DNA of 64,000 bases from Felis catus (lineage: Eukaryota), in the NCBI RefSeq assembly GCF_018350175.1, contig NC_058368.1, positions 147,872,001-147,936,000 on the forward strand. Reading direction: 5' to 3'. The number at the start of each line of letters is the position of its first letter. The stretch's first letter is position 1. Position numbers and translations under genes: made by a program. Of this stretch, positions 50,723 to 64,000 are shown piece after piece. The notes beneath the pieces were generated by a model. The model was not told where the DNA came from and ran no database searches. It was given only the letters and a program-made list of their open reading frames with translations.

Positions 50723-50880
50723 CAAACTCCATTCTTTACAGATCTCCTATTTTAAAGAAATGACAAAACACTATTCTTTCATGTTTTTTCTTTAAAAAGA
50801 TATGTGATTTAAATTTATTGTTTAAGGAGATATTTTAGTTGCTACTTAGGCTAAATATCCATATATATCAGGTACATCAC

Positions 50881-50943
<63 letters not shown>
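50881..50943. repeat. (TA)n microsatellite
   Basis: TA run with two interruptions. Confidence 0.96.
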
Positions 50944-50944
<1 letters not shown>

Positions 50945-51703
50945 GCTAATTATACCAATAGCACAAACACACAATACATTTATAGACTCCATATGTATAG
51001 AAACCTGGATTTGTAAATAATAAATGTATTTGATAGAGAACTTACAGAATAGGCAGAATTTATTCTGTAGGTGTCTTTGTTTCTTCTTGTGGTTTTCAGT
51101 TGACCTATGAATACATAAGGAATAATTCAGACCAAGAAAATAAAAGGGTACAATAGCTTTGATTAATAGTAACACATATAGAGAGCCTCATTATAAATAT
51201 ATATGGTGATATTATCTCTGCTTGTACATTAGCCCAAATGAACTTTGGTATCCCTTTGGAAATAAGTAACACAAACTTTCTAGAAATACATTTTCAAAAA
51301 CAAGACACATGAGAAATTACAGTAGCTATAATGTAAAGCAGTTTACTTAAAACATAACTGTATATATAACTCTAATGTATTTATAAATTTCAAATATTAT
51401 ATACATTATTTTACTAGTCTTTAAAGAGACATTAATAAGAAGGAAGAGATTTGTTCTTATCTATATAGCTAGTAAAGCAGTTGCTTCCTGAATAAAGATT
51501 TGTTCTTTTCCACTACCACGTTTTATAGAACAGTTTGAAAATACTCATGGTGCCATGCCAATTATGTAAAAATCTCTATAGAAGTAAATCACCCCATTAA
51601 TTTATGTCATTAATGAAAGTAAATTATAAATAATGGCATACAGACATTTTATTTCTCTAATTCAGTGAGGTTTACTGAATACATACACACATCATCAACC
51701 TAA

Positions 51704-51923
51704 TTTTTTAAAATTTTTTTTATGTTTATTTATTTTTGAGAGACAGAGAGACAGACTGCGAGCAGGAGAGGAGCAGAAAGAGAGGGAGACACAGAATCCG
51801 AAGCAGGCTCCAGGCTCTGAGCTATCAGCACAGAACCTGATGTGGGGCCTAAACTCATGAACTGTGAGATCACAACCTGAGCTGAAGTTGGATGTTTAAC
51901 CCACTGAGCCACCCAGGTGCCCC
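51704..51923 (-). mobile_element. CAN-SINE
   Basis: Complete antisense body; TSD caacctaatt. Confidence 0.94.
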
Positions 51924-52371
51924 ATCAACAACCTAATTAAGATGAAGAACACTTCCATCGCTCCAGAGAATTCCTTCATGTGACCAATACCCCTTGGAAG
52001 TCGATGTTATTATTTCAGTCACCAGAAATCAGTTTTAAAATTTGTTACAAAATTTAATATAAATGAAACAATACATTGTATATTAATATGCATCTGATTT
52101 CTCTTAATAAACTAAGGTTTTTGAGACTAATCATTGTTTTTGCATATTTTGGTATGTTTCTTTTAAACTGTTGAGTAGGATTCCACCATATAAATCTAGA
52201 AAAAATTTATCTCCCCATTCGTTAGTTGATGGATATTTGGGTTGTTTCCACTTGTAGGTTATTAAAACCAACCTATAATGCATATTCGTTTAAGGTTTTA
52301 TTAATTCTACTTAATTTGTCTTTAATTTTTTACTATATTATGCTTTTTAAGTTAGAAATTTAGAAAATGGA

Positions 52372-52605
52372 TTTTTTAATGTTTTTAATTTATTTCTTCT
52401 TTTAAGTTTATTTATTTTGACAGAAAGACAGTGATCGTATGAGCAGGGCAAAGGCACAAAGGGTGAGGAGAGAGAGAGAATCTCAAGAATCCTGATAGCA
52501 CAGAGCCTGACAGGAGGCTGGATCTCATGAACCATGAGATCATGAACTGGGCCAAAATCAGGAGTCAGTCAGAAGTTTCACCAACTTAGCCACCGAGTCA
52601 CTCCC
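52372..52605 (-). mobile_element. Older CAN-SINE
   Basis: Diverged antisense SINE body. Confidence 0.85.
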
Positions 52606-52989
52606 AATTTTTTTTTTTTAATAGAAGCACTTATACTAAGAAAATTCCTTTTAACACTGTTTTCACTACATCCCACAAAAAGAAATATACTGTATTATTA
52701 TTATTCAGTTGAAAATAATGTCCCTTGTGGTATATATTTTAACCTAAGGGATATTAATATGTATGTGGCTTAAGTTTTCAAATACATGAATATCTTACTT
52801 TTTATTAATAATTACTAATTTTGTTCTGTTTGGTCACTGAATATGTACTCCATAAGATAGCATTTTTTTTTGAAATTTTTAGACTAACTTTATGGCCTAC
52901 CTTATGGTTATTTTGTTGAAAATTCTATGTTTACCTTAAAAATATGTATTTTATTGTTGTTGGATGATGTGTTCTAAAAATGTCAATTA

Positions 52990-53100
52990 GGGCACTTGTA
53001 ATGAGCACAGGGTGCTGTTGTAAAGTGTTGAATCACTATATTGTACATTTGAAACTAATATTACATTGTGTGTTAACTACACGGAATTTAAATAAAATCT
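52990..53100 (+). mobile_element. Tiny carnivore L1 3'-end fragment
   Basis: 'gggcacttgtaatgagcacagggtg...gttgaatcactatattgtacatttgaaactaat...gttaactac'. Confidence 0.8.
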
Positions 53101-56100
53101 TTTTTTTTTAAGGACATTTGTTTTTAGTGTTGTTGAAATCATCTAGTTCCTTACCAATTGTTCTGAATGTTCTATATGGCTACTTATGATATGCATGTTT
53201 TACCTATTAAAAATAACTTCCATATTTTGGAACTAGGATTGTACATATATCTTTTTCTCTTTTATGTTTTTGCCGTATCATTTTCCTAACTTTGATTTTG
53301 AGTACCACCTGCTTCATTTCTGATATTTGTTATTTGTGTTCTTTTCCTGATAAGCATGTCTAGATGTTGGTAATAATCTTCTGAAGGATACAACTATTCT
53401 ATTCACTAATTTTCCTTATTTTCTCATTTTTATAGATTTTGCTTCTTTTTTTTAATTTTTTCTACTTTAAGTTTAATTTTTTTTAATTTAACTTTATTAA
53501 AAAGTATTTTAGAGCAATTTGGGATTCAGAGCAAAATTGAGAGAAAAGTACAGAAATTTTCCATGTATATAAGCATAGCCTCCCCAAGTACCAAATCCCC
53601 CACCAGAGTGGCACATCTCTTGCAAGTGATGAACTGACAATTGACACATCAAAATCAAAGTCCATACTTTATATAAGACTTTATTCTTGGTGTTGTACAT
53701 TCTATGGGTTTGGACAAATGTGTATCATGTAGCCAACAAATAGTATCATAAGGAATAGTTTCACTGCCCTAAAAATCCTCTATGTTTCACTACTCATCCC
53801 TTTATTTCCCCCTTAACACTTGGCAACCACTGATCTTCTTACTCTTTCCATATTTTGCCTTTTCCAGAATGTCACTGAATCAAATCACGCAATCTGTAGT
53901 CTTTTCAAGATTGGCTTCTTCCACTAAGTAATATGCATTTAAGTTTATTCCATGTCTTTGCATGGCTTGATAACACATTTTTTTTACTGCTGAATAATAT
54001 TCTATTGTTTGAATGAACCAGAGTCTAGTAATCCATTCACCTACCACAGAACATCTTGGTTGCTTACAAGTTTTTGCAATTATTATGTAAAAAAAATATG
54101 TTTATTTATTTTTGAGAGAGATAGAATGCGAGTGGGTTAGGGGCAGAGAGAGAGGGAGACACAGAATCTGAAGCAGGCTCCAGGCTCCAAGCTGTCAGCA
54201 CAGAGCCTGACACGGGGCTTGCACTCACAAGCTGTGAGATCATGACCTGAGTTGAAGTCGGACGCTCGACCGACTGAGCCACCCAGGCGCCCTGAGTTTT
54301 TGCAATTATGAATAAAGATGCTACAAATATTTCTGTGCAGTTTTCTGTGTGGACATAGTTTTAAACTCTCTTGGGTAAATACTAAGAAACACAACTGCTG
54401 GTTTATGTTGTAAGAGTATATTTAGTTTTGTAAGGAACCACAAAACTGTCTTCAAATTAGCTATACCATTCTGCATTCCCAATAGCAATAAATGAGAATT
54501 GCTGTTGCTCAATATCGTGGCCAGCACTTAATGTTGTCACTTTTCTGTATTTTTGTCATTCTAACACGTAGAATACTTGATTATTGTTTGAATTTGTATT
54601 TCCCTGAAGACATATGATGTGGAACATCTTTTCATGTGTTTATCTGACATCTGTATGTCTTACCTGGTGAGGTGTCTCTATAGGTTTTGGACCATTTTTT
54701 AATCAGGCTGTTTGTTTCCTTACTGTTGAATTTTAAGACTTCTTTGTATATTTTGAATAACAACCTGTATCAGATATATATTTTACAAATGTTTTCTTTC
54801 AGTCTGTAGCTTGCCTTTATTCTCTTGATAATATCTTTTGCAGAGCAGAATTTTTAATTTTAATGAAGTCTAGCTTAATTCTTTATTTCATGGGTTGTGG
54901 CTTTGGCATCCTAATGTCATGATCTAACCCAATATCATCTAGATTTTCTTCTATATAATTTCTATGAGTTTTATAGTTTTTTGTTCCACATTTAGGTCCA
55001 TGATGCATTTTTTAAAGATTTTATTTTTAAGGAATCTCTGCATCCAATATGGGGCTCAAAACTGCAACCCCATGATTAAGAGCTGCATGCTCCATTGACC
55101 AAGCCAGCCAGGCATCCAAGTCTACAATCCATGTTAATTTTTTATAAAGTGTGTAAGGCCCGTGTCTAAATCTTTTAAGCATATTCATGTTCAGTTGTTC
55201 TATCACTATTTGTTGAAAAGACTATCTGCTCCATTGTACTGCCTTTGCAACTTTTTCAAAGATTAGTAGACTATATTTCTCCCTCAATATTGTGTTGGCT
55301 ATTCTGAGTCTTTGCCTCTCCACATCAACTTTAGAATCAGTTGCTCAATGTCTACAAAACAATTTTCTGGGATTCTAACTGGGATTGCATTGAATCTATA
55401 CATCAATTTTTAATGCACTTATTGATATGATTTTTCTTTGTTTAGTCCATTGATATGATGGATTACATTAATTTCCAAATGTTGAATAAGCTTTGTATAA
55501 CTGGAATAAATCCTTCCTAGTCAGGTGTATAATTTTCTCATAAATTATTGGATTCAATTTGGAAATAGTTGGTTCAGGATTTTTTTCACCTATGCTCATG
55601 AGACATTGATCTAGTTTTATAATGTTTTGTCTGATTTTAGTGTTAGGCTAATGCTGGCCTTGTAACTTGGCTTAGGGAGTATTCCTTTGATATATATCCT
55701 TTGAAAAAGATTGCAGAGAACTGGTATAAATTCTTCCTTAAACAGTTGATAGAATTCACCAGTGATCCTATCTGGGCCTGGTGCTTTCTGATTTGGAAGG
55801 GTGTTAGTTATTAACTATACTTATTTAATAGACATAATATAGTTAGATAATCCATTTCTTCTTGTGTGAGTTTAGCAGAATGTGTATTTCAGAGAATTAG
55901 TCCATTTCAACTAGGTTATGAAATAGCAAGAATAGAGTTGTTCATAGTATTCCTTTATTATGCTTTTCCCATCCATGAGTTCTATAGTGAACTTTTATTT
56001 CTGTTATTAGTGATTTGTATTCTCTCTTAGCCTGTCCAGAAGAATATCAATTTTATATTTTTCGAACAGCCAACTTTTGGTTTTGTTGATTTTCTCTATT

Positions 56101-56336
56101 GATTTTCAGGTTTCTATTTTATTGATTTCTGCTTTTATTCTTATTATTTCTTTTCTTCTTTGAATATAATTCACTCTCCTTTTTCTAGTGTCCTAAGGTA
56201 AAATCTCAGACAATTTTAGATATTTTAGATCTTTCTCTTCTTTAAATTTGCATACAATGCTATAAATTTCCCTCTACGCACTACTTTCACTGCATCCCAC
56301 ACATTTTGGCAAGTTGTGCTTTCATTTTCAGTAGTT

Positions 56337-56340
<4 letters not shown>

Positions 56341-56403
<63 letters not shown>
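56341..56403. repeat. (GT)n(AG)n compound microsatellite
   Basis: Perfect GT run followed by an AG run. Confidence 0.97.
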
Positions 56404-56416
56404 AATTACAGATTAC

Positions 56417-58100
56417 TTTTTTAATTTTTTCAGAATTTTTAAAAATTTAAATCCAAGTTAGTTAACATATAGTATAATAATGATTTCAGGAAAAGAATCC
56501 AGTGATTCATCACTTACATATAACACTGCTCATCCCAACAAGTGCCCTCCTTAATGCCCATCACCCATTTAGCCCATCCCCCACCCAACATCCTACCAAC
56601 AACCCTGTTTGTTCTCTGTATTTTAGAGTCTCTTATGGTTTGTCTCCCTCTCTGTTTGATCTTATTTTTGCTTCCCTTCCCCTCTGTTCATCTGCTTTTG
56701 TTTCTTAAATTCCACATATGAGTGAAGTCATATATTTGTCTTTCTCTGACTGATTTATTTTGCTTAGCATAATACACTCAAGTTCCATCCACATTGTTAC
56801 AAATAGCAACATATATATAGGTATAGATAGACAGATACACACATATCACATCTTCTTTATCCATTCATCAGTCGAAGGACATTTGGGCTCTTTCCATATT
56901 TTGGCTTTTGTAGATAGTGTTGCTGTAAACATTGAGGTTCATGTGCCCCTTTGAATCAGCATTTTTATATCTTTTGTATAAATACCTAGTAATGCAATTA
57001 CTGGGTTGCAGAGTAGTTCTATTTTTAACTTTTGAGGAACCTCCATACTGTTTGCCAGAAGGGCTACACCAGCTTGCATTCCCACCAACAATGCAAAAGA
57101 GATCCTCTTCTCTGCATCTTGCCAAAATTTGTTGTTGCCTGAGTTGTTAATGTTAGCCATTCTGACAGGTGTGAGGTAGTATTTGTGTGGTTTTAATATG
57201 TATTTCCCTGATGATAAGTGATGTTGAACATTTTTTCATGTGTCTGTTAGCCATCTGGATAAATTCTATGGAAAAGTGTCTATTCATGTCATCTACCCAT
57301 TTCTTCACTGGATTATTTGTGTTTTGGGTTTTGAGTTTGATAAGTTCTTATAGACTCTGGATATTAACCCTTTATCAGATATGTCATTTGCAAATATCTT
57401 CTCCCATTTCATCAGTTGTCTTTTAGTTTTTCTGGTTGTTTCCTTCTCTGTGCAGAAGCTTTTTATTTTGATGAGGTCCCTGTAGTTCGTTTTTGCTTTT
57501 GTTTGTTGCCTCCAGAGACATGTCAAGTAAAACGTTGCTGCAGCCACGGTCAAAGAGGTTGTTCTCTGTTTTCTCCTCTAGGATTTTGATGGCTTCCTGT
57601 ATTATGTTTAGGTATCTCATCCATTTTGAGTTTATTTTTGTGTATGGTGTAAGAAAGTGGTCCAGGTTCATTCTTCTGCAAGTTGCTGTCCAGGTTTCCC
57701 AACACAATTTACTAGAGACTGTATTTTTTCCACTGGATATTCTTTCCTGCTTTGTTAAAGATTAGTTGGCCATTTGTTTGGGTGATCCATTTTTGGGTTC
57801 TCTATTGTGTTCCATTGATCTATGTGTCTGTTTTTGTGCCAGTACCATACTGTCTTGATGATTATCACTTTGCAATCATACTTGAAGTCTGGAATTGTGA
57901 TGCCTCCAGATTTGGTTTTCTTTTTCAACATTACTTTGCTCTTTGGGGTCTTTTTTGGTTCCATACAAATTTTAGAACTGTTCCTTCTGGCTCTGAAGAA
58001 TGTTGGTGTTATTTTGATAGGGATTGCACTGAATACATAGATTGCTTTGGGTAGTATTGACATTTTTAACAATATTTGTTCTTTCATCCATGAACATGGA
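56417..58100 (-). mobile_element. 5'-truncated carnivore/feline L1 nested in the older L1
   Basis: Minus-strand ORF2 peptides [63 protein letters not shown]; 3'UTR and T tail. Confidence 0.95.
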
Positions 58101-59629
58101 CAGTATATTTTTCAATGTCTCATGAGATTTCTTCTTTTATGTTTACATAATTTAGAAGTTTGTCATCTAATCTCAATATAATTTGGGATGTTTCAAGTTA
58201 TCTATCATTGATTACTAGTTTAATTGTGATCTGAGAGCAGGCATTGTATGATTTATATTCTTTTACATTTTTTAATGTATGTTTATGGGCCAGAAAGTCT
58301 ATCTTGGTCTACGTTTTTGTGAGCTCTTCTTTATTTTATTTTATTTTATTTTATTTTATTTTATTTTATTTTATTTTATTTTATATTTATATTTATCTTT
58401 ATTCACTCTTATTTATTATTATGTTACCCCTCTGTAACTCTGATAATTTTCTGTTTTGAAATTTGCTCTATTGAAATTCATATAGTTGCCCCTTTTATTA
58501 GTGTTAGCATGTTTCTCCATTCATTTATTTTATTATTTGTTATTTATTTTTATTTTTTTAAATTTATTTATTTTGAAAGAGAGAAGGCATGAGCAGGGGA
58601 GGGGCAGAGAGTGTGGGAGACAAAGAGAGAGAGAATCCCAAGCAGGCTCCATGCTGTCTGCACAGAGTCGGATGTGGGACTCTGAGCTGAAATTGAGAGT
58701 CAGACGTTTAACCGAATGAGCCACCTGGGTATTCCTCAATTCATTTACTTTAAATCTATGTGTATATTTATACTTAAAGTGAGTTCTTATAGATAAGATA
58801 GAGTTGGGTGTTATTTGATTCATTCTGATCATCTCTGTCTTTTTACATGGTGTATTTAGATCTCTGAAGTTCAAAGTTATTATTGTATATTTGGAGTAAT
58901 ATTTATCTACTGTCTTCTATTTGTTGCTCTTGTTCTTTGTTCCAAATTTTGTTTCACACAATTTTTCTGCATTTTTTTGGTTTTCACTGAATATTTTATA
59001 CCATTCTATTTTCTCTTCCCTCTTAGTATATCGGTTATACATTTTTTTTAATGGTTGCTCTAGAGTTTGCTATATGCATTTACAATGAATCCGAGCCATC
59101 TTTCAGAAAACACTACACCACTTCATGTGCAGTCTGAGTACCTTATAATAACCAAATAATTCTAATTCTTCCCTCCTATCTCTTTTTTTTCTGGTATTTA
59201 TTTCACTTATATATAATCATTTGTACACATATATACAGAAGTATACATAATCAAATATACTGATGCTATTTTAACTTGAACAAATTCTTACCTATTAGGT
59301 CAATTAAATTTTATTTTTACTTATTCCTTCCTCAGTGCTCTTTCTTTATATCAATTCACATCTGATTTATATTAATTTGCTTCTCTCTAAAAATTTCTTT
59401 TAATATTTCTTGCAAACCGAGTCTACTGGCAATAAATTCCTTAAATTTTTGTCTGAGAAAATCTTTCCATCCCTTCACTTTTGAAGCATAATTTCAGAGT
59501 AGTCACTCTTGCAGGTGACTATTTTTCCCCCCTTCATCTGCTTTATCTATCAGAGCTCTTAGCATAACAATCATAGCTGTTTTAAAATCCCAGTCTGATA
59601 ACTCCAACATCCCTTCCATGTCTACATTT

Positions 59630-59722
59630 CTTTTTTTTTTTTTAATATGAAATTTATTGTCAAATTGGTTTCCATACAACACCCAGGGCTCATCCCAAAA
59701 GGTGCCCTCCTCAATACCCATC
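59630..59722 (-). mobile_element. Tiny young feline L1 3'-end insertion
   Basis: Reverse complement nearly identical to the last ~90 bp of the L1 at 30010-30100, plus poly-A. Confidence 0.92.
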
Positions 59723-60187
59723 TGTCTCTTTAAACTATTTTACTTTTGTTTGTTTGTTTTGCCTGTTAGTACGTCTTGTAAATGCCTTGGTAGCCAGACA
59801 TGATGTACTGGTTAAAAGAAACTACTATAAATAGGCCTTTAGTAATGTGGTGGAGGGTGTGGGGTAGACAGATGTTATAATCCTATAATTTTGGTTTCAG
59901 TCTTTTCATTAGTCTATGCCTCTGGACTGTGAGTTTTACAACTACTTCTGAGTTCCTCCACCCCCACTCCTCCTTTGGTGGTACTGGATCACTAGAGTGG
60001 TCTGGAGTTGGATGTTTCTTTTCTTCCAATGAATTAGGCTCTGAAAAAACCCAAGGAGATTAGTAACTGGCTGACTAGTTTCTCCTGAGGAATTTTTTAT
60101 TAAGAAGAGCAGGGTGCTCTGGCATATTTCAAAATCACTCCTGTTTCCTTCCACCTGATGTAAACAGGAGGCTTTTTTTCTCTAACA

Positions 60188-60643
60188 TAGGGATAACTTG
60201 TGTTATTATACTTCACATTATTGTGTTTCACAGAGAGTGCATTTTTCTTCCAAACTGAAGATTAGTAATAACCCTGTGTCAAGTCCATCAGTGCCATTTT
60301 TCCAAAATATTTGCTTATTTTATGCCTCTGTATCACAATTTGGTAATTCTCACAATATTTCAAGGTTTTTATTATTATATTGGTTATGGTGATCTGCAAT
60401 CAGTGATTACAATTTTCCAAAAGCTCAGATAATAGTATTTTTAACAATAAAATATTTTTAAATTAAGGTAAGTACATTTTTTTAGATACAAAATTATTGC
60501 ACACTTAATAGACTAGAGTACAGTGTAAACATGCATTTTATATGAACTGGGAAACCAAAAAGTTAATCTGACTTGTTACTTGTGATATGCACTCCATTAG
60601 AGTGGTCTTAAGCCAAACTTTCAGTATCTCTGAGGAATGCCAG
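60188..60643 (+). mobile_element. Tigger1-derived non-autonomous TcMar element (Tigger1a_Car-like)
   Basis: Tigger1 5' block (aaccctgtgtcaag...gccatttttccaa...ggtaattctcacaatatttcaa) joined to the 3' block (attgcacacttaatagact...ctgggaaaccaaaaa...tatctctgaggaatgccag) followed by TA. Confidence 0.85.
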
Positions 60644-62169
60644 TATTTATAGTGAGAAAATGGCTGAACTCTTGGAGGTAAAATTCACAAAGCACAGGGC
60701 CCCTCTATGACTGGAGTTTTTAACTCTCAGAGCTGTCCACACTGAGCCTCCAGAGATTTGTCAATTATAGTTCAGGTTTCCCACTGTCATGGGGTGTCTT
60801 GGTTCCTGCAGATGTTTCTCCACCAGGATGTTGTGATCCTCTGTATCCATTTGTCTGTTTCTCCATATAGGGGAGCATGGCTTCCCTGTGACTTCATTTC
60901 TCTTAAGAACCTAAGATTTGTTCACTTTTCAATTTGTTTAGCATTCTACTCATAAGAAGAGAGGGGCAGCTACATGCTGAACTGGAAAATCTGTCCCTTA
61001 TTTAGTTTCTTGAAGTGGACACTAAAGGACAAACCATTTATTTGAACTATTTCTTTATTTCTACTATATGTCCTTCATGCTATATATATAAATATAAGTA
61101 CTGGTGTAGCTGGATTCCACAATTTTCAAAATATTTTGTTTTTACTTTCTTTCAGTTTATTTCTCCTAATTTTTCTGTTGATTTCTTCTTTGACACATGG
61201 ATTATTTGGAGTGTTTCTATTTTTCAAATAATTTGGCATTTTCCAGATATTTTTGTTATTGATTTCCAATTTACACTGCAGTCAGGTTACATTATGTACA
61301 AATGGCTTGAATCTTCTTGAATTACTTTATACCCCAGAATGTTGTTCTCCTTTGCAAAATGTTCTATGTGCTTTGTGAAACATATATGCGCTGTTGTTAT
61401 TGAGTATAGTGTTCCTTAAGTATCAGTTAAGTCAAAGTATTTGTTTTATTCAAGTCTTCCATAACCTTACTGATTTTCTGTCAATTCTTTCAATCATTTA
61501 TTGAGAAACATGTTGAAATCCCTGGCTGTGATTTACTTTGTCTATTTGTGTTTATAGGCTTTTCAGATATTGCTATATATATATTAGTATATTGTAAATG
61601 TTTTATTATATGCAAAAATGTTTACTATTTTTCTGTTATCCTGATGAATTGACACACTTATCATTAAAAATCATTGTGATAATGTTCTTTATTATGAAAA
61701 TTATTTTGCCTGATATTCATATACCCACTACCAGTCACTTGTCATTAGCATGGTATACTTCTTTGCTTATTTAAAGTGTTTTTCACTGATGAATGGCTAG
61801 ATATGAGGCTGCTTTGTTAATATATACAGTTTGAATTAATCCTTCTCTAAATATTTTGTAAGTATATTCAGTTTCAAACCTGCCACCAAAACTAGTTAAT
61901 AGCATTCATTGTGCATAAAGTTTTTCCTAAGTGAATAAAATTGCACATCTGCAAAAAAAATAAATTGTTTTTATTGTAGGCTGCATATAATTGGCATTGC
62001 TTTTATATACAATCTGATAATCACTGCTTTCAATTTGCATTGTGAGATGATTTATACTTATGTGATTACTTATATGCTTGGGTTTAAATTTATACTACGC
62101 CTATTATTACAATACATTATTTCACATGTGTGAAAGAATTCTACATTTGTATTTTTTAAATTCTTTTTT

Positions 62170-62615
62170 TAATATTTATTTATTTAATTTTTTAATTTTT
62201 TATTTTTTTTTACGTTTATTTATTTTTGAGACAGAGAGAGACAGAGCATGAATAGGGGAGGGTCAGAGAGAGAGGGAGACACAGAATCTGAAACAGGTTC
62301 CAAGCTCTGAGCGGTCAGCACAGAGCCCGACGCAGGACTTGAACTCACAGACCACGAGATCATGATCTGAGCTGAAGTCGGACGCTTAACCGACTGAGCC
62401 ACCCAGGCACCCTTAATGTTTATTTTTGAGAGAGAGAGAGAGAGACAGAGCATGAGCAGGGGGAGGGACAAAGAGACAGATACAGAATCCGAAGCATGGT
62501 CCAGGCTCTGAGCTGTCAGCACAGAGCCTGGTGCGGGGCTTGAACTTACAAGCCGTGAGATCAAGACCTGTGCTGAAGTCAAAATCTTAACTGACTGAGC
62601 CACCCAGGCATACCC
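62170..62615 (-). mobile_element. Two tandem CAN-SINEs (about 62170-62412 and 62413-62615)
   Basis: Two antisense bodies; outer TSD aa(t/c)tctac(a/c)tttgta. Confidence 0.94.
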
Positions 62616-62624
62616 CAAACTCTA

Positions 62625-63035
62625 CCTTTGTAATTAAGGTTCAATTAACCAGCTCACTTTGAATTAATCAAAGCAAACTCCTCCTGGGTAGGCCTGACCT
62701 AATCAAATGGATTCTTTTAAAAGGCAGTCTAGAGATCAGAGAAAAACTCTCCTGCTAGCTTTGAAAAAGCAAGTTTGCCATGAGTTCCATAGTTGCAAAG
62801 AAATTTATTCTTATAACCACCACATGATCTTGAAAGAGGACCTTGGACCTCAGATGAGAATGTAGTCCTGATTAACACCTTGAATGCAGCCTGTGGAACC
62901 CTGTACAGAGAACTCATCAAAAACAAGCCTGGACTGGTAACCCAGGGAAATTTGGTAACAGAGTGAAATAATAGGTATAAATTGTTTAAAGACACTAGGT
63001 TTGTGGTAATTTATGTGGCAAGTGAAACTAATACA
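62625..63035 (+). mobile_element. MaLR LTR (MLT1E-like)
   Basis: 'gggtaggcctgacctaatca', 'cctcagatgagaatgtagtcctgattaacaccttg' and the terminal 'tttgtggtaattt...aactaataca'. Confidence 0.85.
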
Positions 63036-63324
63036 TGATTATAAAACTGTTCTGGCACTTACAGGTTAATTTAGGGTTTATAGTGCACATTGTTCACTTA
63101 TCACAATTTACTAATAAATATAAATTCAAGTTTTATTTATCAAAAAATAATATATAGAAAGAACATGATAACAGTATATTTTGGATTTCTTCCTTTATGA
63201 CCTGTGTGCTATTGCTGTCACACATTTTCCTTCTACATGAGTCCCCCATGGTACAGTTTCATTTTTTCCACTTTAGACAGTTAATTACCATTTTAAAGGA
63301 TTTAAGTGATAATTTTAAAAATAT

Positions 63325-63537
63325 TTATTTTATTTTTTTTAATGTTTATTTATTTTTGAGAGAGAAAGAGAGTGCAAGCCGGGGAGGGTCAGAGAGAGAG
63401 GGAGACACAAGATCTGAAGCAGGGCTCCAGGCTCAGTGTCTGTATAGAGCCCGATGCGGGGCTCAAACACACGAACCATGAGATAATGACCTGAGATGAA
63501 GTCGGAGGCTTAACTGAGTGGGCCACCCAGGTGCCCC
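63325..63537 (-). mobile_element. CAN-SINE within old L1 sequence
   Basis: Antisense body; TSD taattttaaaaat. Confidence 0.94.
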
Positions 63538-64000
63538 AGTAATTTTAAAAATCTTTGCATTTATCCATAAAGTTACTGTTTCTGGTGTTCGTCATTCCTT
63601 TATTTTGAACCAGATTTCCATCTGGTACCATGTTCCTTCTACTTAAATAACTTCTTTTAGCATTCCTTGTAGTGCAGTTCTGCTGGGATGATATATGCTT
63701 TTAGCTCTGTGTCTGAAAAAGATCTTTGTTTCACTTTCATATTTGAAATACATTTTTTTTCTGGATAAAGAATTCTAAGCAGACAGATTTCTTTCTTTTT
63801 TTTCCTTTTACTACTTTAAAATTATTTTCCACTATGTTTTTGCTTGTATTGTTTCTAATGAGTGATCTGCTTTCAGTCTTATCTGGTTTTTTTTTTCTGT
63901 ATATAACACGTCTTTTTCCTCTGGATGCGTTTACAATTTCCTACATTTTACTGTTGTTGAGCAATTTTATTGTGATGTGCCTTGGTGTGGTTTTCTTTAT

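Larger units (their letters stand above)
26067..51330 (+). pseudogene. Putative decayed multi-exon (unprocessed) gene of unknown identity; candidate exons 26067-26258, 26549-26640, 29330-29393, 30505-30716, 31378-31444, 40197-40397, 49749-49804, 50065-~50148, 51100-~51330
   Basis: Most segments have a pyrimidine-rich ...AG acceptor and a GT donor and lie in non-repeat sequence. Spliced translation gives charged helical peptides and an IQ-like motif (VAFREWFVRKQY) but with many in-frame stops. No homologue recognised. Confidence 0.3.
53480..59500 (-). mobile_element. Old L1 (L1MC-like) interrupted by SINEs (about 54085-54292, 55008-55117, 58520-58735), microsatellites and a younger L1
   Basis: L1MC-type 3' end (tttagagcaatttgggattcagagcaaaattgag) followed by colinear antisense ORF2 motifs. 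Confidence 0.8.

Noticed and set aside
1..64000. CRISPR arrays, operons or other prokaryotic systems
   Set aside because: The sequence is mammalian and repeat-rich; there is no repeat-spacer array or long ORF.

Overview
AT-rich mammalian genomic DNA, almost certainly from a felid (cat family), judged from many tRNA-derived CAN-SINEs of the SINEC_Fc type and feline/carnivore L1 3' ends. I see no intact protein-coding gene; the supplied ORFs are L1 ORF2 remnants, SINE or microsatellite read-through, or chance. The window is dominated by L1 LINEs of several ages, more than 25 CAN-SINEs (many with clean target-site duplications, TSDs), MaLR/ERV solo LTRs, DNA-transposon MITEs and microsatellites. 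Two retrocopies are clear: a full-length RPS20 processed pseudogene (728-1250) and a U6 snRNA pseudogene (34482-34592, minus strand). The most interesting candidate is a chain of plus-strand AG...GT-bounded segments in repeat-poor sequence between about 26 and 51 kb. They splice into a helical, charged, possibly IQ-motif protein that is interrupted by stops, which may be a decayed, unidentified multi-exon gene. That call is an inference and needs a homology search. Repeat subfamily names come from recalled consensus sequences, not from a database search.
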